DNA of 64,000 bases, taken from NCBI RefSeq assembly GCF_009914755.1, contig NC_060948.1, one strand, 5' to 3'. Both the position numbers and the translations under genes were made by a program. This DNA is from the human T2T-CHM13v2.0 reference genome, Homo sapiens. How positions within the stretch are numbered: position 1 is the stretch's first letter; the number at the start of each line of letters is the position of its first letter. Under the pieces are notes generated by a model. That model saw only the letters and a list, made by a program, of their open reading frames with translations. It did no database searches and was not told the origin of the DNA. Shown here piece after piece: positions 1 through 13,126 of this stretch.

Positions 1-203
1 CCATTCCATTCGTTTCGATTCCATTCCATTCCAGCCCATTCCATTCCAATCCATTCCATTCCTTTCCTTTCCGTTTCATTAGATTCCATTGCATTCGATT
101 CCATTCAATTCAATTCCGTTCTATTCAATTTGATTCATTTCCATTTAATTCCATTCCATTAGATTCCATTCCTTTCGAATCCATTCCATTGGAGTCCATT
201 CAC

Positions 204-216
204 TTCGAGAACATTC
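204..216. promoter_or_regulatory. Perfect 3-pentamer heat-shock element motif (TTCnnGAAnnTTC)
   Basis: TTCgaGAAcaTTC; motif match only, occupancy not shown. Confidence 0.5.
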
Positions 217-2441
217 CATTCCAGTCGAATCCATTCGAGTACATTCCATTAAAGTTCATTACATTCTAATACATTCCATTCCATTGCATTCCATTCCATT
301 CCGTTCGGTGCCATTCGATTCCATTCCATGCCAAATCATTACATTCCTTTCCATTCCGTTCCTATCAATTCCATTCCATTCGATTTAGTTCCATTCTATT
401 CACTTCCATTCCATTCGATTCCATTCCATTGGAGTCAATTCCTTTCGACACCCAGCCTTTCCAGTCAATGATTTTGGAGTCCATTTTTTTGCATTCCATT
501 ACATTCTATGACATTCGATTCCGTGTCATTGCATTCCATTCCATACATTTTTATTCCATTCGAGACCGTAGCATTCCACTTTATTCCAGGCCTGTCCATT
601 ACACTACATTCCCTTCCATTCCAATGAATTCCATTCCATTCCAATCCATTCCTTTCCTTTCGCTTGCATTCCATTCTATTCTCTTCTACTGCATACAATT
701 TCACTCCATTCGTTCCCATTCCATTCAATTCCATTCCATTCAATTCCATTCCATTTGTTTCCATTCTCTTCGATTCCATTTCTTTATATTCCATGCCATT
801 CGATTCCATTCTATTGGATTGCATTACATTCGTGTTCATTCCATTCCAGACCATTCCATTTGACTCCATTCCTTTCGAGCCCTTTCAATTTGAGTCCATT
901 CTTTTCCAGTCCATTTCACTCCAGTCCATTACTATCCATTCCATACCATTCCATCCCATTCCATTCCATTCCATTCCATTCCATTGCATTCCATTCCATT
1001 CCATTGCACTGCACTCCATTCCATTACATTCTACTCTATTTGAGTCGATTTTATTGCATTAGATTCTATTCCATTGGATTGCTTTCCATTCGATTACATT
1101 CCATTCATGTACATTCCATTCCAGTCAATTACATTCGAGTTCATTACATTACATTCCAGTTTATTCCATTGTATTCGGTCCCATTCCTTTCAATTCCATT
1201 TCATTAGACTCCATTATATTCGATTCCATTCCACTCGAATACATTCCATTAGAGGACATTCCATTCCAATGCATTCCATTCCATTCCATAGCGTTCCATC
1301 GCATTCGATTCCATTCCATTTGATGCCATTCCATGACATTCCATTCCATTCGAGTCCATTCCGTTCCAGTTCATTCCATTCCGTTTCATGAATTTCGAGT
1401 CCTTTCCAGTACATTTCATTCCAATCCCATCCAATCCAATGTACTCCATTCAATTCCTTTCCATTCCATTTGATTATATTCCATTGATTTGATTCCATTC
1501 AGTTTGATTCCATTCCGTGAAATTTCGTTCCATTCTATTCCATTGCATTACTTTCCATTCAATTCCATTCCATTTCATTTCAGTCCATTCGCTTCCTTTC
1601 CTTTCGACTCAATTCCATTTGATTCCACTCCATTCTATGCGATTTCATTCCAATCGATTCAATTCCATTCGATGACATTCCTTTCGTTTCCATTCCACTC
1701 GAGTCCATTCAATTTGAGCATTCGTGTCCATTCTATTCGAGTCCATTCCATTACCGTCTATTCTATTCCCTTCCATTCCTGTTGATTCAATTTCATTCCC
1801 TTCCATTCGATTCCTTTCCATTCGATTCCATTCCTTTCCATTCCATTCCATTCGTTCCCATTCCATGTGATTTCATTCCATTCCAGTCCATTATATTCGA
1901 GTCCACTCCACTCCATTCTATTACATTCAATTCCTTTTGAGTCCGTTCCATAACACTCCATTCATTTCGATTCCATTTCTTGGCAGTTTTCTTCCATTTT
2001 ATTCCATTCCTTTCGATTCCATTCCATTCGATTGCATTCCATTCGATTGCATTCCATTCGAATCCTTTCCATTCCATTTCATTCCATTCCTTTCTATTCC
2101 ATTCAATTTCATTCGACTTGATTCCATTCTGTTCTATTCCATTCAATTCTTTTTCATTCCATTCGAATCCTTTCTATTGCAGTCCATTCCATTCGAGTCC
2201 ATTCCAATCCCTTCCATTCCATTGCATTACAGTCCATTCCAATAGATTCCATTCCTTTGCCTTCCATTCGAATCCATTCCATTCTAGTCCATTCCATTTG
2301 AGTCAATTCCATTCCATTCCATTCTATTCCTTTCCAATCCATTCGATTCCATTCGATTCAATTCCGTTTGATTCTCTTTCATTCTATTTTATTCCATGCC
2401 ATTTGATTGCATTGCATTCCATTCCGTTTGATTCCAGTCCA

Positions 2442-2454
2442 TTCAAGAAAGTTC
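2442..2454. promoter_or_regulatory. Perfect 3-pentamer heat-shock element motif
   Basis: TTCaaGAAagTTC. Confidence 0.5.
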
Positions 2455-3467
2455 CATTCCAGTCCATTGCTTTCCAGTCCATTCCATTCCACTCTAGTCT
2501 ATTCCACTCCATTCCTTTCCATTCCATTCCATACTATTCCATTCCATTCCTTTGCATTCCGTTTCCAATCTATTCGAGTCCATTGCATTCCAGTCCAATC
2601 CATTCGATTACATTCCTTTTGATTCCCTGCCAGTCGATTGCATTGCATACTAAACCATTCCAAAGGAGTCCATTTCATTATATTTCAACACTTTCCATTC
2701 CACTCTGTTCGAGTCCATTCCATTCCAGTCCATTTAATTCAAGGGCATTCCATTCCATTCCATTCCATTCCATTTCATATTATTCCATTCCATTCAATTC
2801 CATTCCAGATGATTCCATTCCATTCTATACCATTGCTCTCTGTTCCATTCCATTCCATCTGTCTCCATTCCTTTCGTTTCGATTCCTTTCCATTCCATTC
2901 CATTACATTTGATCCTATTTTATTAAATTGCATTCTATTCGAGTGATTTCCATTCGAGTCCTTTCCATTCGATTCCATTCCATTCTATTCCATTCCTTTG
3001 GATTCCATTCCATTCCGTTCCGTTCACATCAATTCCTTGCGATTCCATTACATTCGATTTCTTGCCATTCGATTCCATTCCTTTTGACTCCATTTCATTC
3101 GATTCCATTCCATTCCATTAATTTCCATTCCATTCGAGACCTTTCCATTGCAGTCTTTTCCCTTCGAGTCCATTCCGTTCGATTCCCTTGCATTCGATTC
3201 CATTCCATTGGAGTCCGTACCAGTCGAGTCCATTCTATTCCAGTCCATTAGTTTCGACTCCATTGCATTCGAGTGCATTCCATTCCGTGGCTGTCCATTC
3301 CATTCCGTTTGATGCCATTCCATACGATTCCATTCAATTCGAGACCATTCTATTCCTGTCCATTCCTTGTGGTTCGATTCCATTTCACTCTAGTCCATTC
3401 CATTCCATTCAATTCCATTCGACTCTATTCCGTTCCATTCAATTCCATTCCATTCGATTCCATTTTT

Positions 3468-3480
3468 TTCGAGAACCTTC
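3468..3480. promoter_or_regulatory. Perfect 3-pentamer heat-shock element motif
   Basis: TTCgaGAAccTTC. Confidence 0.5.
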
Positions 3481-3746
3481 CATTACACTCCCTTCCATTC
3501 CAGTGCATTCCATTCCAGTCTCTTCAGTTCGATTCCATTCCATTCGTTTCGATTCCTTTCCATTCCAGCCCATTCCATTCCATTCCATTCCTTTCCTTTC
3601 CGTTTCATTAGATTCCATTGCATTCGATTCCATTCAATTCAATTCCGTGCTATTCAATTTGATTCATTTCCATTTAATTCCATTCCATTAGATTCCATTC
3701 CGTACGATTCCATTCCTTTCGAATCCTTCCATTGGAGTCCATTCAC

Positions 3747-3759
3747 TTCCAGAACATTC
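3747..3759. promoter_or_regulatory. Perfect 3-pentamer heat-shock element motif
   Basis: TTCcaGAAcaTTC. Confidence 0.5.
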
Positions 3760-5984
3760 CATTCCAGTCGAATCCATTCGAGTACATTCCATTAAAGTTC
3801 ATTACATTCTAATATATTCCATTCCATTGCATTCCATTCCATTCCATTCGATGCCATTCGATTCCATTGCATGCCAAATCATTGCATTCCTTTCCATTCC
3901 GTTCCTATCAATTCCATTCCATTCGATTTAGTTCGATTCTATTCACTTCCATTCCATTCGATTCCATTCCATTGGAGTCAATTCCTTTCGACACCCAGCC
4001 TTTCCAGTCAATGACTTTGGATTCCATTTTTTTGCATTCCATTATATTCTATGACATTCGATTCCGTTTCATTGCATTCCATTCCATACATTTTTATTCC
4101 ATTCGAGACCGTAGCATTCCACTTTATTCCAGGCCTGTCCATTACACTACATTCCCTTCCATTCCAATGAATTCCATTCCATTCCAATCCATTCCTTTCC
4201 TTTCGCTTGCATTCCATTCTATTCTCTTCTACTGCATACAATTTCACTCCATTCGTTCCCATTCCATTCAATTCCATTCCATTCAATTCCATTCCATTTG
4301 TTTCCATTCTCTTCGATTCCATTTCTTTATATTCCATGCCATTCGATTCCATTCTATTGGATTGCATTACATTCGTGTTCATTCCATTCCAGACCATTCC
4401 ATTTGACTCCATTCCTTTCGAAACCTTTCAATTTGAGTCCATTCCTTTCCAGTCCATTTCACTCCAGTCCATTACTATCCATTCCATACCATTCCATCCC
4501 ATTGCATTCCATTCCATTCCATTCCATTCCATTGCATTCCATTCCATTGCACTGCACTCCATTCCATTGCATTCTATTCTATTTGAGTCGATTTTATTGC
4601 ATTAGATTCTATTCCATTGGATTACTTTCCATTCGATTACATTCCATTCGTGTACATTCCATTCCAGTCAATTACATTCGAGTTCATTACGTTACATTCC
4701 AGTATATTCCATTGTATTCGATCCCATTCCTTTCAATTCCATTTCATTCGACTCCATTATATTCGATTCCATTCCACTCGAATCCATTCCATTAGAGGAC
4801 ATTCCATTCCAATGCATTCCATTCCATTCCATAGCATTCCATTGCATTCGATTCCATTCCATTTGATGCCATTCCATGACATTCCATTCCATTCGAGTCC
4901 ATTCCGTTCCAATTCATTCCATTCCGTTTCATGAAATTCGAGTCCTTTCCAGTACATTTCATTCCAATCCCATCCAATCCCATCTACTCCATTCAATTCC
5001 TTTCCATTCCATTTGATTATATTCCATTGATTTGATTCCATTCAGTTTGATTCCATTCCGTGAAATTTCGTTCCATTCTATTCCATTGCATTACTTTCCA
5101 TTCAATTCCATTCCATTTCATTTCAGTCCATTCGCTTCCTTTCCTTTCGACTCAATTCCATTTGATTCCACTCCATTCTATGCGATTTCATTCCAATCGA
5201 TTCAATTCCATTCGATGACATTCGTTTCGTTTCCATTCCACTCGAGTCCATTCAATTTGAGCATTCGTGTCCATTCTATTCGAGTCCATTCCATTACCGT
5301 CTATTCTATTCCCTTCCATTCCTGTTGATTCAATTTCATTCCCTTCCATTCGATTCCTTTCCATTCGATTCCATTCCTTTCCATTCCATTCCATTCGTTC
5401 CCATTCCATGTGATTTCATTCCATTCCAGTCCATTATATTCGAGTCCACTCCACTCCATTCTATTACATTCAATTCCTTTTGAGTCCGTTCCATAACACT
5501 CCATTCATTTCGATTCCATTTCTTGGCAGTTTTCTTCCATTTTATTCCATTCCTTTCGATTCCATTCCATTCGATTGCATTCCATTCGATTGCATTCCAT
5601 TCGAATCCTTTCCATTCCATTTCATTCCATTCCTTTCTATTCCATTCAATTTCATTCGACTTGATTCCATTCTGTTCTATTCCATTCAATTCTTTTTCAT
5701 TCCATTCGAATCCTTTCTATTGCAGTCCATTCCATTCGAGTCCATTCCAATCCCTTCCATTCCATTGCATTACAGTCCATTCCAATAGATTCCATTCCTT
5801 TGCCTTCCATTCGAATCCATTCCATTCTAGTCCATTCCATTTGAGTCAATTCCATTCCATTCCATTCTATTCCTTTCCAATCCATTCGATTCCATTCGAT
5901 TCAATTCCGTTTGATTCTCTTTCATTCTATTTTATTCCATGCCATTTGATTGCATTGCATTCCATTCCGTTTGATTCCAGTCCA

Positions 5985-5997
5985 TTCAAGAAAGTTC
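5985..5997. promoter_or_regulatory. Perfect 3-pentamer heat-shock element motif
   Basis: TTCaaGAAagTTC. Confidence 0.5.
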
Positions 5998-7010
5998 CAT
6001 TCCAGTCCATTGCTTTCCAGTCCATTCCATTCCACTCTAGTCTTTTCCACTCCATTCCTTTCCATTCCATTCCATACTATTCCATTCCATTCCTTTGCAT
6101 TCCGTTTCCAATCTATTCGAGTCCATTGCATTCCAGTCCAATCCATTCGATTACATTCCTTTTGATTCCCTGCCAGTCGGTTGCATTGCATACTACACCA
6201 TTCCAAAGGAGTCCATTTCATTATATTTCAACACTTTCCATTACACTCTGTTCGAGTCCATTCCATTCCAGTCCATTTAATTCAAGGGCATTCCATTCCA
6301 TTCCATTCCATTCCATTTCATATTATTCCATTCCATTCAATTCCATTCCAGATGATTCCATTCCATTCTATACCATTGCTCTCTGTTCCATTCCATTCCA
6401 TCTGTCTCCATTCCTTTCGTTTCGATTCCTTTCCATTCCATTCCATTACATTTGATCCTATTTTATTAAATTGCATTCTATTCGAGTGATTTCCATTCGA
6501 CTCCTTTCCATTCGATTCCATTACATTCTATTCCATTCCTTTGGATTCCATTCCATTCCGTTCCGTTCACATCAATTCCTTGCGATTCCATTACATTCGA
6601 TTTCTTGCCATTCGATTCCATTCCTTTTGACTCCATTTCATTCGATTCCATTCCATTCCATTAATTTCCACTCCATTCGAGACCTTTCCATTGCAATCTT
6701 ATCCCTTCGAGTCCATTCCGTTCGATTCCCTTCCATTCGATTCCATTCCATTGGAGTCCGTACCAGTCGAGTCCATTCTATTCCAGTCCTTTAGTTTCGA
6801 CTCCATTGCATTCGAGTGCATTCCATTCCGTGGCTGTCCATTCCATTCCGTTTGATGCCATTCCATACGATTCCATTCAATTCGAGACCATTCTATTCCT
6901 GTCCATTCCTTGTGGTTCGATTCCATTTCACTCTAGTCCATTCCATTCCATTCAATTCCATTCGACTCTATTCCGTTCCATTCAATTCCATTCCTTTCGA
7001 TTCCATTTTT

Positions 7011-7023
7011 TTCGAGAACCTTC
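7011..7023. promoter_or_regulatory. Perfect 3-pentamer heat-shock element motif
   Basis: TTCgaGAAccTTC. Confidence 0.5.
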
Positions 7024-7290
7024 CATTACACTCCCTTCCATTCCAGTGCATTCCATTCCAGTCTCTTTAGTTCGCTTCCATTCCATTCGTTTCGATTCCA
7101 TTCCATTCCAGCCCATTCCATTCCATTCCATTCCTTTCCATTCTGTTTCATTAGATTACATTGCATTCTATTCCATTCAATTCAATTCCGTGCTATTCAA
7201 TTTGATTCATTTCCATTTAATTCCATTCCATTAGATTCCATTCCGTTCGATTCCATTCCTTTCGAATCCATTCCATTGGAGTCAATAAAC

Positions 7291-7303
7291 TTCCAGAACA
7301 TTC
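7291..7303. promoter_or_regulatory. Perfect 3-pentamer heat-shock element motif
   Basis: TTCcaGAAcaTTC. Confidence 0.5.
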
Positions 7304-7385
7304 CATTCCAGTCGAATCCATTCGAGTACATTCCATTAATGTTCATTACATTCTAATACATTCCATTCCATTGCATTCCATTCCA

Positions 7386-8976
7386 TTGCATTCCATTGCA
7401 CTGCACTCCATTCCATTACATTCTATTCTATTTGAGTCGATTTTATTGCATTAGATTCTATTCCATTGGATTACTTTCCATTCGATTACATTCCATTCAT
7501 GTACATTCCATTCCAGTCAATTACATTCGAGTTCATTACATTACATTCCAGTATATTCCATTGTATTCGGTCCCATTCCTTTCAATTCCATTTCATTCGA
7601 CTCCATTATATTCGATTCCATTCCACTCGAATCCATTCCATTAGAGGACATTCCATTCCAGTGCATTCCATTCCATTCCATAGCATTCCATTGCATTCGA
7701 TTCCATTCCATTTGATGCCATTCCATTTGATGCCATTCCATGACATTCCATTCCATTCGAGTCCATTCCGTTCCAATTCATTCCATTCCGTTTCATGAAA
7801 TTCGAGTTCTTTCCAGTACATTTCATTCCAATCCCATCCAATCCCATCTACTCCATTCAATTCCTTTCCATTCCATTTGATTATATTCCATTGATTTGAT
7901 TCCATTCAGTTTGATTCCATTCCGTGAAATTTCGTTCCATTCTATTCCATTGCATTACTTTCCATTCAATTCCATTCCATTTCATTTCAGTCCATTCGCT
8001 TCCTTTCCTTTCGACTCAATTCCATTTGATTCCACTCCATTCTATGCGATTTCATTCCAATCGATTCAATTCCATTCGATGACATTCCTTTCGTTTCCAT
8101 TCCATTCGAGTCCATTCAATTTGAGCATTCGTGTGCATTCTATTCGAGTCCATTCCATTACCGTCTATTCTATTCCCTTCCATTCCTGTTGATTCAATTT
8201 CATTCCCTTCCATTCGATTCCTTTCCATTCGATTCCATTCCTTTCCATTCCATTCCATTCGTTCCCATTCCATGTGATTTCATTCCATTCCAGTCCATTA
8301 TATTCGAGTCCACTCCACTCCATTCTATTACATTCAATTCCTTATGAGTCCGTTCCATAACACTTCCATTCATTTCGATTCCATTTCTTGCCAGTTTTCT
8401 TCCATTTTATTCCATTCTGTTCGATTCCATTCCGTTCGATTGCATTCCATTCGAATCCTTTCTATTCCATTCCATTTCATTCGATTTGATTCCATTCTGT
8501 TCTATTCCATTCAATTCTTTTTCATTCCATTCGAATCCTTTCTATTGCATTCCATTCCATTCGATTCCATTCCAATCCCTTCCATTCCATTCCATTACAG
8601 TCCATTCCTATAGATTCCATTCCTTTGCCTTCCATTCTAGTCCATTCCATTTCAGTCAATTCCTTTCCAATCCATTCGATTGGATTTGATTCTCTTTCAT
8701 TCTATTTGATTGCACAGCATTCCATTCCGTTTGATTCCAGCCCATTCAAGAAAGTTCTATTCCAGTCCATTGCTTTCGAGTAAATTCCATTCAACTCTAG
8801 TCTATTCCACTCCATTCCTTTCCATTCCATTCCATACTATTCCATTCCATTCCTTTGCATTCTGTTTCCAATCTATTCGAGTCCATTGCATTCCTGTGCA
8901 ATCCATTCGATTGCATTCCTTTTAATTCCCTGCCAGTCGATTGCATTGCATACTAGACCATTCCAAAGGAGTCCAT
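7386..8976 (+). repeat. DYZ1: Terminal, internally deleted and decayed DYZ1 unit
   Basis: Offset to the previous copy falls from 3544 to 2849 at ~7390 (695-bp deletion), rises to 2864 after a 15-bp duplication at 7706-7735, and falls to 2760 by 8976. Confidence 0.88.
8745..8757. promoter_or_regulatory. Perfect 3-pentamer heat-shock element motif
   Basis: TTCaaGAAagTTC, intact in the decayed terminal unit. Confidence 0.45.
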
Positions 8977-9880
8977 ATGATATATTATGGAAAGTATGTA
9001 ATAAAATTTTATATAACATAATATATGGTTATATGTAGTATATTATATATTTACGTATACATTATACAGTTATATATAATTTTAAATATTTATATATAAT
9101 AAAATATAAAACATATATAATATATAACATAAAATATATATTCTATACCATATATATTATGTATCATATATTGTATGTTATATAACATATATTGTATATC
9201 ATATATCATATATTACAAGTTATATATATCACATTCCACATATTGTATATTATAAGGAATTTATAATATATGCCATACATTATATTACACATAATAAATT
9301 CTACGTTATATGTAACATAGAATATATTCTATGTAACATGTGTATTCTATATCAAATATGTAATATATAACATATATTACATATAATTAATAACATAGAC
9401 ATATAATATATATTTAATACATGTATTATACTTACAACATATTATATATAATATATAATACATATCATATATATGTCATAAAATATAATATATATTATAT
9501 GTCATATTTTATATATACAGTTATATATTATTATATGTTATTTTATATTATATATAAGCTAGATATAATATATATATTAACTATAGTGAATGTTATATAT
9601 AACGTAGATATAATATTTATAATGTATATTATATATTTAATACGTATATTAACCATATAATATATTTGGTATATGATATATAATATATATTATATACGGC
9701 ATAAAATATAATTATTATATGTCATAGTGTATAAATATAATACTTATACATTACCAGTTATTATAATACATATAATATATATAATATAACTGCAGGATGT
9801 AAAACAGTATTATATATATATGTTACATATATTATATATATGATTCTATATATTATTATATACATAATGTATAGATATAA

Positions 9881-10447
9881 TTGTGGGTGCCCTATTTCCA
9901 ATCTCATAACTTTTTTTAAGAAGCACAGCATAATAACGTGTGGGCTTGGGATTCAGTTTTTGAAACAAAACACTGAGCCTTCAATGACCTTTGGGTCTAT
10001 GTAAAAGCACTCCTGTCTTCCTGGCAGCAGTTGGACCTCACAATGTGGATTGTGCCCTCACCCAGCAATGTTTATGCCCTATCGCCATGGTGACGGAATT
10101 AGGGGTCTCCTGCTCTTCGTCCTAAGGACCACTGTCTATGCTGTGTCTTTCAAAGGTAAGAAAAGATTGAACCTTTGTGGTTTTATTTTCCCTAAGTTTG
10201 ATTTTTCTCATGGGGAACCTGTGTTGCTGCTTTGAAGGTATATTAATACTGGCCTTTCAATTGCCAACTCTTCAAATTACCAGTTAATGCTTTCAAAATA
10301 TGTTATTTAAAAAATTATCCTCTGTATTATCCATATGCACTTATAAATATGTTCCTAGGTTATGTTTTAACCCTCAGTTTATATATTTGATTATTGTACC
10401 AAGCAGAATAACTTTGAAATTTTTTTTCATTTAAAAAATATGGATCT
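9881..10447 (+). repeat. HSATI core of a DYZ2 unit (first + strand example; one per unit)
   Basis: ~570-bp mixed-composition block TTGTGGGTGCCC...AAATATGGATCT lying directly 5' of the Alu in every intact unit. Confidence 0.8.
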
Positions 10448-10762
<315 letters not shown>

Positions 10763-12834
10763 TTATGTAATATGCTTGATATATAATATATAACCGCATA
10801 TATATCATATGTCATAATATATAACATTTATCCTGTGTCATTTTATATAAAGTATATATTTAATAACATATATAATATATAATTCATATTATACATCTTA
10901 TATATGAAAATATATAATTATAGATATCATAACGAAAATTGATATATAATATGATATATAACATATATACTATATCATATATAATATATAATATATATTA
11001 TTTATCACATATTATAATTTATATATACTATAATTTATATAATGATATAATTATTTTTATAATATAAATTATTATGTATGATTATATAACTATATGTAAT
11101 ATAAATAATGATAAATATAATTACATATTTATATCGTTATATGTATAATATAATTATATATATTATAATATATATCATATAATACACACCCAGCATATTA
11201 TATAATATATAATATATATTATACAGTATAGCATACATAATATATATAATATTTAATATATCATAATATAATATATATTTAAATATTATGTATGTAACAC
11301 ATACTATGAGATATATAATATATATTATGTAATATAAAATAATATAATATAATATATATTATATTATGATATATTATTGAATGTACGTAATAAAAGTATA
11401 AATAACATAATATATGGTTATATGTATTATATTATATATTTACCTACAATATTATAGAGTTATATATAATTAAATAGTTATGTATAATATAATATAAAAC
11501 ATATATAATATATATCATAAAATATATATTGTATACCATATATATAATGTATCATATATTGTATATTATATATCATATATCGTATATCATATATCATATA
11601 CTACATGTTATATATATCACATTCCACATATTGCATACTATAAAGTATATATAATATATGACATACATTATATTATATATAATAAATTCTAGGTTACATG
11701 TAACATAGTATATATTGTATGTAACATGTGTTTTAAATGTAAAATATGTAATATATAACATATATTACATATAATTAATAATTTAGACTTATAATATATA
11801 TATAATATATGTATTATACATACAACATATTATATATAATATATAATATATATGATATATATGTCATAAAATATAATATATATCATATGTCATATTTTAT
11901 ATATACAATTATATATTATTATCTGTTATTTTATATTATATATAAGCTAGATATAATATATATTATCTATAGTTAATGTTATATATAACGTAGATATAAT
12001 ATATATAATGTATATTATATATTTAATACCTATATTAACCGTATAGTATATTCTATATATGATATATAATCTATATTATATATGTCATAAAATATAATAT
12101 ATATTATATGTCATATTGTATAAATATAAACTTATATATTATCAATAATTATATTACATATAATATATATAATATAAGATGCAGGATGTAAAACAATATT
12201 ATACATAGGTTATATATATTATATATATGATAGTGTATATTATTATATACATACTGTATACGTATGTTGTGGGTGCCCTATTTCCCTTCTCATAACTTGT
12301 TTTAAGAAGCGCAGCATAATAACGTGTGGGCTTGGGATTCAGTTGTTGAAACGAAACACTGAGCCTTCAATGACCTTTCGGTCTATGTAAAAGCACTCCT
12401 GTCTTCCTGGCAGCAATTGGACCTCACAATGTGCATTGTGCCCTCACCCCGCAATGTTTATGCCCTATCGCCATGGTGACGGGATTAGGGATCTCCTGCT
12501 CTTGGTCCTAAGTGCCACTGTCTGTGCTGTGTTTTTCAAAGGTCAGAACAGAGTGAACATTTGTGGTTTTATTTTCCCTGAGTTTGATTGTTCTCATTTG
12601 GAACCTGTGTTGCTGCTTTGAAGGTATATTCATACTGGCCTTTCAAATGCAAACTCTTCAAATTACTAGTTAAGGCTTTCAAAATATGTTATTTTAAAAA
12701 ATTATACTCTGTATTTTCCATATGCAGTTATAAGTATGTTTCACGGTTATGTTTTATTCCTCAGTTTATAAATTTGATTACTGTACCAAGCAGAGTACCT
12801 TTGAAATTTTTTTTCATTTATAAAATATGGATCT

Positions 12835-13126
<292 letters not shown>

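Larger units (their letters stand above)
591..4133 (+). repeat. DYZ1: One complete DYZ1 unit (HaeIII to HaeIII, 3543 bp)
   Basis: GGCC at 589-592 and 4132-4135; the following copy is colinear up to ~7385. Confidence 0.9.
1..8976 (+). repeat. DYZ1: HSat3 / DYZ1 satellite array, (CCATT)n-derived, ~3.54-kb higher-order unit
   Basis: Diverged CCATT/CGATT pentamers throughout. Landmarks recur at a 3543-bp offset (ORFs 465/4008, 664/4207, 1937/5480; AGGCCT at 588 and 4131). A HaeIII site followed by an EcoRI site (AGGCCTGTCCATTACACTACATTCCCTTCCATTCCAATGAATTC) matches the classical DYZ1 unit as I recall it. Confidence 0.95.

Noticed and set aside
429-8925. Many ORFs up to 310 aa (IPFHS-rich on +, MEWNG-rich on -)
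   Set aside because: They are the translation of CCATT/AATGG pentamers, which lack stop codons; they overlap in all frames and show no domain or gene structure.
1-8976. Annotation of DYZ1-derived non-coding transcripts
   Set aside because: Satellite III/DYZ1 transcription is known in general, but no start, end or splice site can be assigned to these copies from sequence alone.
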